Shown: positions 1 through 12,230 of the stretch, piece after piece | How the letters are laid out: each line of letters opens with the position of its first letter | Numbering within the stretch: position 1 is the first letter of the stretch | Source: Macrostomum hystrix | Lineage: Eukaryota; Animalia; Platyhelminthes | DNA: 64,000 nucleotides | Reading direction: 5' to 3' | Assembly (NCBI GenBank): GCA_950097015.1 | Contig: CATNEN010000029.1 | Span: forward strand, 3,224,001-3,288,000 | Program-made: the position numbers and the translations under genes | The notes under the pieces: model-generated | Seen by the model: only the letters and a program-made list of their open reading frames with translations | Told to the model about the DNA's origin: nothing | The model's database searches: none

Positions 1-410
1 TGGGGCACATTGTTTTCTCTGCTGCTTGGGTGATATTGGTTTTTCTGCTGCTTGAGTGATATTGGTTGTCTGCTGCTTGGGGGACATTGTTTTCTCTGCT
101 GCTTGGGGGACATTGGTTGTCTGCTGCTTGTGGGACATTGGTTATCTGCTGCTTGTGGGACATTGGTTATCTGCTGCTTGGGTGATATTGGTTTTTCTGC
201 TGCTTGAGTGATATTGGCTGTCTGCTGCTTGGGGGACATTGTTTTCTCTGCTGCTTGGGGGACATTCGTTGTCTGCTGCTTGGGGGACATTGGTTATCTG
301 CTGCTTGTGGGACATTGGTTTGTCTGCTGCTTGGGGGACATTGGTTATCTGCTGCTTGTGGGAAATTGCTTGTCTGCTTGTTGAGGGACATCGGCTCTCT
401 GCTTCTGGGG
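1..410. repeat. Minisatellite, ~29-30 bp unit (ggggacattggttatctgctgcttg core); probably in the RPS17 downstream intron
   Basis: Unit visibly repeated ~14 times from the window edge; ORFs 167..391, 204..446 and 239..550 are periodic translations of it. Confidence 0.9.
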
Positions 411-453
411 ATGCGGATAATTTTCAGTTTTTGTGTAAAGAGCTAGCGCTCAC

Positions 454-798
454 CGTAGCGCCAATGTTCATGTCCAATGCCTTGAGCATCTCGCTGGTGA
501 TTGGATCAATCTCAAGATCGGTGTCCAAAGCTGACACGTCCGGTACATAGTTGTCCCTCCTCTCGCGCTCCTCCTCCTGCAGCTTGATGGAGATGCCGCG
601 CACCGGGCCGCGCTGGATTCGCTTCATCAGGTGGGTGACAAAGCCGGCAATTTGGTTGCGCAGCCGTTTGGAAGGGATCAGGGCGACCTCCTCGCAGACG
701 CGCTTGTTAGTGTGAAAGTCACTACCCAGTCGGGTGTAGTACTTCTCAATGATCACCCGAGACGCTTTCTTAACAGTCTTGGTGCGAACACGGCCCAT
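454..798 (-). CDS. RPS17: 40S ribosomal protein S17, main coding exon
   Basis: [39 protein letters not shown]...[20 protein letters not shown] is the eS17 signature. Donor-like ACG|GTGAGC at 453 suggests the last residues lie in an exon left of the window (unspliced ORF runs to 424). Confidence 0.95.
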
Positions 799-1468
799 GG
801 TTTGATTGAAGGAAGTCGGCTACAGCTGCGAATAGATAAGGGATGTTGTAATCTAAGTTATTAGTAACTTAAAAGTACTTTTTGTGCCTTCAATACCAAA
901 TTTAATGAATAAAACAGATCTTAGTTCAATTATTTCTTGTAGATTATATTCTAAAGAAAACTTACAAAATATCTTAGTGTACTAATTTGTCTAAATGGGG
1001 ATGATTTTCAAATTTTCTAATTCAGTGCAGATATCTAAAAAAATCTGGTATATATACAATCTATGGGTAAAGTGTAGGAGCAATCATCACTTACACATCA
1101 TAGGGGATGTCTCTTTACCAGATAGTAGACAATGGCTAGTTAGTTTTTTGAGTAATTGATTTAAAATGAGCTTTTTATTTTTTAAGTTCAATGATTTTAC
1201 TAGCCATCTTAAGTTGACTAAACAGCTTATTTGAAAGCTAATATTTTCTTTTGTGGACTCCACTACTGTGAGTTGGTAAAAAGGACACTCGCAAAAGTTT
1301 AAATGAGACAAAGTTCTTCTTTTGGTAGGCATTAAATATATTTCTAAAAGTCATTATATAGTTCTATTAACTAGAGGTAAACTGGCATTGTCCTAGTTTC
1401 TTGCATCAAATTATTTTTACCTGAATTTTTTTAATCTCTATGCATCTGACATGGCTGGCTGACCTAGA

Positions 1469-1714
1469 GTGCCATCAACAATCATTTCTGTCATGGATTT
1501 ACTGCCTGACCCAAATGAACCAACCCTACACACCAACATCATTGAGGGAACCTGGGCACACTTCAAGGCAAAGTTTTGGTGCATGCATGTCACTAGCAAT
1601 GGCCTGTTCAAGTTGCACCTTAGTGAGTACCTCTGGTGGCGCCTCTATCTGGAAAAGACCTTTCTGCAACTTTCTCTACTGGGTTGCCTATTATTATGGC
1701 ATTTAATATGGTAG
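1469..1714 (+). mobile_element. Degenerate Merlin/IS1595-like (ISXO2) DDE transposase fragment
   Basis: PSTIIS...HTNIIEGTWAHFK...LHLSEYLWWR resembles the C-terminal HTNxIEgxWxxxK...yLxEfxwR motif of Merlin/IS1016 transposases; the segment normally between TIISD and HTN appears deleted; no TIRs found. Confidence 0.6.
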
Positions 1715-2838
1715 GGCCTAACATGAATGCCATGGATTGCCTTGTTTTACTTTGTTTCTTCTTGCCAATGAACTAAATGTCAAATCCTGCCCAAATCTTA
1801 AATAAAATTATTTAAAGAAAAAAATGTATACAAATATATACTGAACACTTTCCTATTGCTAACTTCCTATTTATCAGGCCTAATTGAAAATATTTTAGAA
1901 ATCTACTTTAGTTTGCAGCAGAAGCATTATATAGGGGCCTAATATATCTGTACTGTTGGCCTAAATAGAAACAACAAGCAGAATGATAGGCTATTTTTAA
2001 ATAGTTTTATGAAACTATAGTATAGTATAGTTTAGACCTAGCTACAATGCATTTTATTTAACTAGGCTAACACTAGGCCCTTAACTATATAATAAGATTA
2101 TAAGAAGAAGAATTTTCTTATAAGAAAAAGAAGAAGAATAAAAGAAGAATGTCTTAGGCCTATTGACACTAGACCAAAAGCAAGCAAGGAGGCTATTCTG
2201 CCTATTTCACTGATTCCAAGCACACATGCACAGACAGATAGGCCCTAGTACACAGGTATGTATAGCTACCTGCTATATTATTGACAAGCAGATGGTAAGT
2301 TTTACTGTGCTATGAAGGTAGGTCCTTTTTGTTATTAGGCCTAATGCTCAAGGGTATAAATTTCATTTACAAGCCTTCATTGCTATACCCCAAATCAATT
2401 TGGCCCTGCTACACAACTAAGCCTAGTAAGTCAGTAATCAAGGACTTTGGCGCAAGAGGCAAATGTGAAATATTTTGGCTGCTTCTACTTGGTACGTGTT
2501 GCAATGCATCCAGTTTAAAAGTAGGAAAACTGTTTAAATATTCTAAATTATGCAACTTTTAACTGGTAGCTTGCCACCTGGGCTACCTAGATCTAGCAGC
2601 GATCCTATGGAAACAACCGGTTAATGTAAAATGAAACAAAAAATCGATTTAAGCCTAGGGCCTACTGAACTCAACACAGGCAATTCTTCTATTCTTTCCA
2701 ACCAAAAATGGCTACTTCCAAACACGCAATGTATAAATGATAAGTTTTTTCTAGGCCATATACAGGACAACTACAAGTAGATATAAATTTAATAACTTCT
2801 ACTGTAGAGCTTAGCAAAAAGAGGTATCAGGCTGATAC

Positions 2839-2893
2839 CTTATGCTGTCCTGCTGTCCTGCTGTACCAGCGAGAAGCACGAAAAAGCGAGAGG
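2839..2893 (-). promoter_or_regulatory. RPS17: Putative non-coding first exon of RPS17 with 5' TOP/TCT-like pyrimidine tract
   Basis: Minus strand reads cctctcgctttttcgtgcttctcgc...cataAG|GTATCA; a matching acceptor ctattcgcAG| at 826 lies 27 nt before the RPS17 ATG. Pyrimidine-tract starts are established for ribosomal protein mRNAs; the linkage is inferred. Confidence 0.5.
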
Positions 2894-4159
2894 CTTTTTC
2901 TTAACGACGTTCATCGATCAAGGCCGTACTTTTAAACTTCATATTTTTATTATTTTAACAAAATCACTAATTACAAAAAAGTAAGAAGCCTTATTTTATA
3001 ACTAGGTAACAGAGAAATTACTTTAAAAATTTGTTAGTACTTCTTTTAAGACATTAGATCTGCTGTCATTTGTGTCTCATTGGCGTCTATAAAAGTTTAA
3101 GAAGGAGAACGAAAACCATTTAATAAGCAATAACAGTTTAAAAAATTGACCACTTTAAATAAAAAATATTGTCATATTTTTGTTCTGTGTTCTTACAACA
3201 ATTCAGCAGATAAATCATTGCTCCCCGAAAAAACGAGACTCTTTTTAAACTCTCTAGAAAAGACTTTTTATTTAGTCGCAATATCTATATAAAGACATTC
3301 ATCATTCATAAGTAAATAATTATTGACCTAGTCTCGTTTTCTAATTTTCTAATTTCCAATCTCCTTAATTAAAAAAAGCAATGAGCTATAGAAAATCTTA
3401 TAATTGCCCGTCAAGCCATCAAGTCGTTTATTTAGAATTTGCCTTTTTTACCTAGATTTTGATGACAAAGTATTTCACAAGTGACAGAAGATGGATGATG
3501 ACAACTTTTCATGTCAAAGTTGAAATAGCAATTTTGTATTTTAAAGTTTAATTAAAATGCAAAAATACTATTACAACTTCGATATTCTACACATATCCAT
3601 CAATATTTTCAACATTGGTCACCTAGATAGTTGTGCTTAAAAATAGATGTCAAACCTTGCTATATCCTTATTGCTAATTTATTTGTAATTCAGAGTTTTT
3701 GTAAGCTTCTAATAAAGATAAACAACATTATCAATGTCATAGCAAGTGCATGTTTTTAATGTAACAAACAGCTTTTTCTTTCTAGACTATTATTAATAAT
3801 CAAGACAGAAAAAATTAAGTTAGCTTCACTTATAAAAATGCTGTATTCTCAAGAATCAAGAATTCTAAAAAAAGTCCAGTCCGACCCTCAAACAAAGTTT
3901 AAAAAATTTAAAAGGGCTTTTTATATGCAAAGAACGCTTTAACAACAGACGTATGTAATTATTGTAATTTTATATACTCAACAGGTACTGACAAAAGATT
4001 CATATGTCGTTTATTTCAAATGCATTTTCGATTCAATTCAAACTCAAATTAAAGGACTAAAACAGTGTAATTCTCAAAGAAAAGATGTATTTGAGATTAA
4101 TTCCACCAGAAAATTGCCATTCCTCTTCAGCCCAACCGTTGCGGAGCATCGCAGGAAGC

Positions 4160-6001
4160 ATGTCCAAGGAGATTGTTCGCGCAGTGTCGAGACAGTTGGA
4201 TCACTACCTAAGAGTGCAGCGACTGGAAGACTCGTTCGATTTATCCGGCGCAACACAGCCTATTGTCAATCATCCGAAGCTGCGCGAGTTGACACTAATC
4301 AATACTTTGTCTCTGCATGACAAGCCCTTGAAACATGAATTTAGCAGCAGCCAGATGCGAGTCAAGCTGCGGCACATGCATCCGCGCGAGGACGACGACG
4401 AAACCAGAGGCGGCAGAGGTGGCCGCAAGCGAGCAACTAAGCTAGAAAGATCATACACGCGCCAGCTGGAGAGCTATCTGACTCCACCTCGTCCAAGGCC
4501 TCGTTCAGCAGCAGCTTCATTCGGCCACGGCGCCAGCGGCGGCCTTGGCTGGCCGCCAGTACCGTTGCGCTCGGCGCCTCCAATCCCGTGCAGCCGACGG
4601 GAGCGCCGTCACATTGTGCGTCGCAGCGGAAAAATCCTCAGCTACTTGGCCACTTCGCAAGGAGATCGCGATGACGGCGGCACCAGATCGGGAGGAGACG
4701 CTGAACGGGGTGTCGCGCGCCCGCTAGACGCAATGATCGAGGAGCGAGTCCAACGCGAAGTCCGGCGCAGTCGACACGGCCGTCGACACCGCAGGACAGA
4801 CAGCGCAGAAGAGCGACACGCGTCTCCAGCCTCGTCACCGCCTGCATCGCCGACGCAACATCAGCAGCAAAAGGCGCTCCCACTGACCCCACCTGAGCCA
4901 GCGCCGCAGACCTCAGCCCAGAGAAGGGAGCCAATCCAGAGCCAGTCCGAGCCTCTAGTTGTGTACCCGCTGCCCAACTATTCAGTGAAGTCGTGCCAGA
5001 GCACGCAGACCAGCAGCGACTATGACCAGTCGGCTGGCCCAGCACCGGGACCAAGGTGCCATGCCTACATTCTCTACGTGACTACTGGTGACCGCATTGG
5101 CGCAGGCACCAGCGCGGCCGTCTCTGTTGTACTTTACGGCGAACTGGGCAGCTCCGGTCTGCGTCCGATCCCGCTGACCAGTAGCCTGACACACAAGCGT
5201 CCATTCAGGCGCGGCCGTACAGACAAGTTTATCTTGGAAAATCTGCCGGATTTGGGCGGACTAAAGTGGATGCGGGTTGGTCACGCCTCGGACGCCTACA
5301 ACCATTGGTTCCTTCACTCAGCCACCGTTGTCTGCCCCAGCGGAAATCGCTGGTTCTTTCCGTGCCGGCAGTGGCTCAGTGACAAGTCGCCGGACGGTTT
5401 ATCGACGCGCACGCTCGCCGTAGAGCTAGTTGGCGGCGGCGTCGGTGGAGGTGATGAAGAGGAGAAACGCAAGGCTGAGGCGGCATCGCCTGATGACTTG
5501 TTTCCACTCCCAGGCGGCGATGACGACAGCGACAGCCGCAGTGGTGACGATGACGGCGGAGCTCAAGTCTCGTTTCGACATCGGAATCCGATTGGGTCGG
5601 CTAGCAGTGGTGACTCCGGAGACGAAGACGACTATGATGAACGCCGTCGACGCCGGCGTCGACAGCTCGGAAGGCCGTCGTCTGCGGCGACGCCAACTGC
5701 GGCGACAAAGTCGTCAGCATCGAGTGGAGCGCGGATCAAAGCATCGAATACATCGATTACGTCAACAAGGACAAAATCCGAGTCCTCAGACTCGTCCTCG
5801 ACGACAAGGAAGCGAACGACAACGGGGCAAACCAGGACCAGAGGTTGGCGCGGCGGTGTCGGCGGTGGTGGCTTCGTTGGCAGCGATCACAGCGATTTGG
5901 AAGGCGACAGCGACAGCAGCACACTGGAAGAGTCACCGCCTTCAAGCACTGGTCGAGTGTCACCCGATGCACGCCATCTGCTGCTCTTGGACGGTCGCTG
6001 A
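4160..6001 (+). CDS. Intronless PLAT/LH2-domain protein with unrecognised N-terminal module and Ser/Asp/Arg-rich low-complexity tail
   Basis: 638-aa ORF 4085..6001. ~5063-5420 encodes AYILYVTTGDRIGAGTSAAVSVVLYGELG...FRRGRTDKF...DLGGLKWMRVGH...WFL...FPCRQWL (classic PLAT). Start placed at Met 4160 by alignment with the paralog at 7155. Confidence 0.85.
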   Translation: MSKEIVRAVSRQLDHYLRVQRLEDSFDLSGATQPIVNHPKLRELTLINTLSLHDKPLKHEFSSSQMRVKLRHMHPREDDDETRGGRGGRKRATKLERSYTRQLESYLTPPRPRPRSAAASFGHGASGGLGWPPVPLRSAPPIPCSRRERRHIVRRSGKILSYLATSQGDRDDGGTRSGGDAERGVARPLDAMIEERVQREVRRSRHGRRHRRTDSAEERHASPASSPPASPTQHQQQKALPLTPPEPAPQTSAQRREPIQSQSEPLVVYPLPNYSVKSCQSTQTSSDYDQSAGPAPGPRCHAYILYVTTGDRIGAGTSAAVSVVLYGELGSSGLRPIPLTSSLTHKRPFRRGRTDKFILENLPDLGGLKWMRVGHASDAYNHWFLHSATVVCPSGNRWFFPCRQWLSDKSPDGLSTRTLAVELVGGGVGGGDEEEKRKAEAASPDDLFPLPGGDDDSDSRSGDDDGGAQVSFRHRNPIGSASSGDSGDEDDYDERRRRRRRQLGRPSSAATPTAATKSSASSGARIKASNTSITSTRTKSESSDSSSTTRKRTTTGQTRTRGWRGGVGGGGFVGSDHSDLEGDSDSSTLEESPPSSTGRVSPDARHLLLLDGR

Positions 6002-7154
6002 TTGACGCTGAAATTCTGCAGCTTTTCAGCAGAGACGGAACAAAGACCACAAAAATACTGACGCGACACACCGGGCAAAAGTTTCGAGACTTTCATTGAG
6101 ACTTTTCTTTCTTGCTGCAACTGTCCGCGCGACTGCTTTTGCCTCTTGCATCACAAGTTCAAAGGGATTTTTAGCGATTTCTTTCGTGAATTCACTTTTA
6201 TCATCACTGGACAGCAATTCTAATGCACTGCTTTTTTTACTGCTTGTGTGGGTGCATTCTGTGTTTTATGCACCTTGCTGAGAAATCGGTTTAAGCTTAA
6301 TAATAAACAACCATGTTTACCTGAACACTTATAGAGTTATGCAATAATTATAAAAGTGCGCCTCAAACTACAAGTAACTTTAAAAAGTACATTTACAAAA
6401 ATTGCATGCAGCCTAGTAACGTTTATGGGTGCCGTGAACATGAACAATTTTCTCCACCTTACAATCACCGATGAGCTCCAAAATTATATATAGTTTTAGA
6501 GTTTTCTGTTTAGCTCACGTATTCTTTTTTTTTCAAATTTTCATTCGACAATGACATTATTTTTTGTAAAAGTTAGTTTACAATTTAATTTTAGTACCAG
6601 TAGAGTTTATCCTTATTTTTTGCATGCTGTACGTATGTATTTAAGTATTGTTAGTTCACAGTTTCACATTCTAGAGATTTTTTCTCTATACCAGTTCCTT
6701 ACGCTCTCGCTGATGTTTTTACAGGCCACAAACTGCTGACAATAGGGAGTGCGGCGCTTTAATTATTTTGCTCACGAATTTACTCGATTATTTTTCCAGT
6801 CCTGACTGAAAGCTGCTGAATTCCTGATCCGATCTCTCAACTATTTTTTTCTTCGGAATTTAAAAGGAAGCTTCTTTTTTCCTGAATGAATGTTTTTTGC
6901 TAAACAATAAAATAGATCGCTTATTCACGCAAGCTTCGAGCGTATTAGAAATTGTGTCCGCTTTTGGTAACGATTGAAAAATGGTCCAATTCCCAGTTTT
7001 GTATGCTGAAAACTTTTAGCATCTAGGATCTAGTCAGAAGTTTTAATCAAGGTAGATTTAATTGGTTTGAACCATAGACAGTATGGTACAGCACTGATTG
7101 ACAAGTAGATTTCAAAGAAACAACTCACTGGCCATTTCAGTGAGGCTTTGAAAT

Positions 7155-7763
7155 ATGTCTGACGAAATGGTGAGAGCCGTGGCCCGCTCGCTGGATCTTT
7201 ACCTTCGAGTTAGACGCCTTGAAGAGGGCTTCGACCTCTCTGGCGTTGGCAGCGGAGGCGTAGTCGGCAGCGGCGTCGGTTCAGTCATCAGCTGTCGACG
7301 TCTTAATGACAAGCCGGTGAAACTGCAGTTCAGAGACCCCGATACCCGCTGCCGAGTTGGAGTCATGCGACCGGCGCCGTCCCAGACAACCGAATCCAAC
7401 GCTACCGTCTCGGCGAACCCGCGCGTTGCCGCCAGGCTGCGTCGACATCTTGACGCTGAAGCAGCGTCGACGACAATAACGACACCGCGAGCTTATCACC
7501 GAAGAAGAACCAGTACGGCAGTGAAGAGTGAGGAGAGGCAGCGGACTCGACTGATTGACAATGCCAGTGCCATTCTCGGTTTGCTGGCCGCGTCAGCGAA
7601 GTCAAAGTCAGGCGATGGCAACAGCGACAGCGAGAATCACGGTGATGGCGATAGGTCCAGGCGTCAACGCCGCGATCAACGTGACGATGAACAGGGCGGC
7701 CTGAATAATCAGAGAAATAGAGAAAGACGGCGCTTGTCCATTGAATTGCCGACAGGATCTTAA
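7155..7763 (+). CDS. Tandem paralog of the 4160 gene (N-terminal module only, no PLAT domain)
   Basis: MSDEMVRAVARSLDLYLRVRRLEEGFDLSG matches MSKEIVRAVSRQLDHYLRVQRLEDSFDLSG at 22 of 30 positions; further shared blocks LxDKPxK and ILxxLA. Confidence 0.65.
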   Translation: MSDEMVRAVARSLDLYLRVRRLEEGFDLSGVGSGGVVGSGVGSVISCRRLNDKPVKLQFRDPDTRCRVGVMRPAPSQTTESNATVSANPRVAARLRRHLDAEAASTTITTPRAYHRRRTSTAVKSEERQRTRLIDNASAILGLLAASAKSKSGDGNSDSENHGDGDRSRRQRRDQRDDEQGGLNNQRNRERRRLSIELPTGS

Positions 7764-9589
7764 CTACTATTCCTTTCTGATATTTATAACTTATTAGCAG
7801 ATGCGGAGTGTGGGGAGGGTGACCTGAGGGGTAGAGAATAAGCCAGGTGTTGTACTGTCATTCCCCGAGACAGGGAGTGTGAGGTGGGTGACTTGAGGGT
7901 ACAGAATAAGTCGGGTGGAGTGTGAGTTGATTTGCGTAGTGAGGTTGTTGCGCTAGAAAAGATGGAGCCATGTGTACACACTCCTAAAATGACGGAGTTT
8001 TAAACAACGTGAGATTTTTTACTTTAAGTTCTAAAGTAAGGCCTTCTGTAGGTGTAAAAATTATTGTAATTAAAAAAGGCTTAGATTTTTTTATAAAGCA
8101 CGGGACGGATTTAAGTGATGTTTTTAATAGGTTATCTGAAGTGAATCTTGCCTTTCACAGACGCGAATTATTTTCAAGAAATTAGTTTTTTCTTACATTT
8201 TGAGATGACTATTTTTAGAATCAGATGTTTCTTTTTCTTTCGTTTTCGAAATCTTCCTCAACGTACCTAGGTATAAGTTATCTTTTAACAGCTGCTGGAT
8301 TATTTTATATTAACACACTAAACACTTTTATAGTAATTTTGTCTTTTTTCCTGAAAATTAGTGTCACCTTATACTCACGCGTGCAATAGTACGAGCTAAT
8401 TAATTTACTTTTGTTACTTGCTTTTATTTTATTATAGTTATTTATTTTTATATAGAGAAATAGTTTATTTATAATTTTCCTTGTTTCACAAACTCACTTT
8501 TAACAGTCTTTTATTTTAGAAAAGCCTTTATATATTATATTTGACAATCTATATATTGTTTTGCATAAGACACAGCAACGTTTTATTGGTTAATAAACGT
8601 TAATGGTTGTTGACACATAGATTTTTTATTATCAAAAGCAATTCAATCATGTATGGACGAGACAAGAGCTGATTAACTGTGTCGAATAATTTTTCCGGCT
8701 TTGATTTAAATGAGCGAAATGATTGATTCATCGATCAATTTATGGATTTTCTATAATGACTATATGATAATAATACGCGAGTACTTTAATGAGTCTTTTA
8801 ATGTCTACACCATGCATAGGATATTAAAAACAGTTTAAATGAGCCTGGAAAACTATAGATTTCAAGCTTAAACGTAGCTTTTTTGTCTACGACAACCCAC
8901 GATGTTTAAATGTACGTACCCTGGAGTGGGGTGGCTACTCCCAGGACGAAATTGGAGTGAGGTGGGTGCTGATAATAAAAAAATTGCCGTTCAGGGATTC
9001 CCCAAAAAGATAGGCTAAAAATACCAAGACAATTTTCATTTTCAACCGATCAAACTGTGTATATTCATTTTTCTCGAAAGCGGTCCTTCCAGTTGAAATC
9101 GATGCACAACAACATCCCACAGAATCCAGGCGAGAGAAGAACCGGCTGTAGAAGCAGCTCATTGTCGCTATCTGACGCCATGGCAGTTTTGGAGTCGCCA
9201 GCGAGTTTTGAATCTAATTCAAGAGGTGAACATCTGTCAACGGTCGCTTCGACGACGAATAAAAGTACGTTGCTACTTGCGAGTAGCATTGTTAGCATGT
9301 TGCTACAATTTTCGAGTTTTCCCATCATAACAGTAGGTTTAAAAGCATATATCTAATACGTTCCATGAAGGTTGAATTATCAGCTCGCAGTTAATTTTAT
9401 TTACCCCAAACAGAACTCAAGTCTCAATCGTCATTGGCGCTGGTGATTAATGAAGTGCAACAGCTGACAGCTGAAATCGAGATGCTGCGGGACAGATGCG
9501 AGAAAACTCTGCTTGGATGGTGAGTAATTCAACATTTTCGCACAATTTCACACAAATAGGAGGGAAATGAGGACGAGAAAGCAGCGGAG

Positions 9590-9825
9590 GTGGGAGTGGA
9601 GGAAGCGGAGGAGGCAGAGGAGGGAACGGAGGAGGCAGAGGAGGGAGCGGAGGAGGCAGAGGAGGAAGCGGAGGAGGCAGAGGAGGGGGCGGAGGAGGCA
9701 GAGGAGGGAGCTGAGGAGGCAGAGGAGGGAGCGGAGGAGGCAGAGGAGGGAGCGGAGGAGGCAGAGGAGGGAGCGGAGGAGGCAGAGGAGGGAGCGGAGG
9801 AGGCAGAGGAGGGAGCGGAGGAGTT
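9590..9825. repeat. 21-bp purine-rich minisatellite (ggaggaggcagaggagggagc)
   Basis: ~11 copies; gives periodic EEAEEGA / PPLPPPL / RRQRRER ORFs. Confidence 0.9.
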
Positions 9826-10477
9826 TTGGGTATAGAGAAGGCTGCAGTTTTCAAGTTTTTCTAATACTTAGCTCAAGAAAATAAATTGCTTTCTGTTGGT
9901 CAAGAGTCATTTTAAGCCCCAAAAAGTACAGCTAGTAACCGTTGCAATCAATTTGCCTTGAATATCCACCAGCGCTATAAAAAATTCCCATCACACCTTA
10001 TAATAAACAACATTCCATACTAATCTCGAGCATCGGCCTTCCCTCTCTAAGCAAAATCTACTTGATGAATTAAAAAACTAAAATTTCTGTGAAGGAAGAC
10101 TTGCTTGAGTCCTCTCGTCTTCCCCTCCACACCGGGGCAGGAGGAGAGGCGCAGAGAAATGGCAAGAAATAGAACTGCCAGACAGGTAGCTGGCAAATGA
10201 GGCTTGGGTATAGACCAGGGATGCCCAGTCAGGTGATGCGGCCGACGATGAATGGAGACGAGAGGTGACTCGCCGCTTCCACAGGTTGGTCGCATTGGGG
10301 ATGAGGATGGGGGGAGATTTTGGCGAAGCTTTTCTCATTGAGGATTGTTCTCCCCATTCATCAACACAGCTGATGGCTGGATGAAAGTGTATTCAACTTG
10401 GGGTGCGGATGGCGGTGGGCGAAACTGTGAATAAAAAGTGTCTGGCAGACAAAGAGAAAGAGGATAGGATAAGGCAT

Positions 10478-10864
10478 CAGCAGCAGCAGCAGCAGCAGCA
10501 GCAGCATCATTGTTATCAGCAGCAGCATCATTGTTATCAGCAGCAGCATCATTGTTATCAGCAGCAGCATCATTGTTATCAGCAGCAGCATCATTGTTAT
10601 CAGCAGCAGCATCATTGTTATCAGCAGCAGCATCATTGTTATCAGCAGCAGCATCATTGTTATCAGCAGCAGCATCATTGTTATCAGCAGCAGCATCATT
10701 GTTATCAGCAGCAGCATCATTGTTATCAGCAGCAGCATCATTGTTATCAGCAGCAGCATCATTGTTATCAGCAGCAGCATCATTGTTATCAGCAGCAGCA
10801 TCATTGTTATCAGTAGCAGCAGCAGCAGCATAATCATTATAAGCAGCAGCATCATTATTATTAT

Positions 10865-10911
<47 letters not shown>

Positions 10912-10935
10912 CAAGCATCCTTATTATCAGCAGCA
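10478..10935. repeat. 21-bp CAG-derived minisatellite (cagcagcagcatcattgttat) flanked by CAG runs
   Basis: ~15 near-perfect copies; all long ORFs here are periodic. Confidence 0.9.
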
Positions 10936-10953
10936 GCAGGAAACAGGAAACTT

Positions 10954-11297
10954 ATGACAACGCTTCGATCCAACAGAAGTGGAAGCGGATGCGAAGTCAA
11001 TGAAGAAGCTCAAATATTCGGCCCTCGGCTGAGCATCAGTCTGGTGGTCCAGTCTCTGCAGCATCGCCAAGAGCTTCTCAATCAGCAGGCCTCGACTAAG
11101 AGGCTGCGGAGAACAGCAACTAATCGAGATCTAGAATTAGGCGAAGTTGATGAAGTCGAGGACCAACAGGAGGCGATCCGGCCAGGCGGTTCTTTGGACG
11201 ACTTGAGGCGCGGCATCCGCCTAATTTTGCGGGAGCAGCAGCGGCAGCTGCGTGCGGCTGTGGCCGCTGCCATGGCAACAGGCCCGTCGCTCTTCTG
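10954..11297 (+). CDS. Putative coding exon of an unidentified gene (possibly the first exon of the polyQ gene)
   Basis: GC-rich 115-aa ORF ending at a strong donor TG|GTGAGG (11298); no recognisable domain. Confidence 0.4.
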
Positions 11298-11759
11298 GTG
11301 AGGATGTAGCAGATCTCATAGAGCAGCAAATGTGAATAATTTGAGCAGTGTTCCAACTTTTAACTGTAGGGGCTAATGTAGTCTTTGAATTCCTAAATTT
11401 CCGGATGGCAACATAGGTACGTGAGCAAAAACTGACAGAATGAAAAGTGAAGTGAGTCAGTTTTCTGCGTTTTGAGAAGTCTTAAAAATGCTCAAGATGC
11501 AGATTTCTTTAAGCATGTGGGTGCTGAAGTTGTCTTTGGAATGTGCTGGTTTCAGTCAAGATGTTTTAAAACGCGTTGTTTCTTAGAAAGTGACGGCTTT
11601 GTTTTTTGTACTCTTCTCTCCGTTTTGCACTTTTAAAGATCTTTTTTTGGAGTTTGTGCCTCCTGACTATGCATTCAATTCTCCCCATCCTTTTTAATGC
11701 CTAATTTCGTAGAATTGATGTTTTCTTCTCATTCCTTCTTCATTCCTTCTCTCCCTCGT

Positions 11760-12230
11760 CTACTCACTTTCTCCCCTCTTCCTTTCTCCCTTCTCCTTTC
11801 TCTATCTCCCATCTCCCATTCTCCCATCTCCCATTCTCCCCATCTCCCATTCTCTCATCTCCCATCTCCCATTCTCCCCATCTCCCATTCTCTCATCTCC
11901 CATTCTCCCATTCTCCTATCTCTATCTCCCATCTGCCATTCTCCCATCTCCCATTCTCCCATCTCCCATTCTCCCATCTCCCATTCTCCCATCTCCCATT
12001 CTCCCATCTCCCATTCTCCCATCTCCCATTCTCCCATTCTCCCATTCTCCCATCTCCCATTCTCCCATTCTCCCATTCTCTCATCTCCTATCTCCCATTC
12101 TCCTATCTCTATCTCCCATCTCCCATTCTCCCATTCTCCTATCTCTATCTCCCATCTCCCATTCTCCCATCTCCCATTCTCCTATCTCCCTTTCTGCCTT
12201 CTCCCTTTCTGCCCTCTTCCTTTCTCCTAG
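11760..12230. repeat. Pyrimidine-rich 7-8 bp microsatellite (ctcccat/ctcccatt)
   Basis: Directly visible. Confidence 0.9.

Noticed and set aside
8935-9356. Overlapping 75-99 aa ORFs
   Set aside because: No domain and no consistent splice partners; cannot support a gene.
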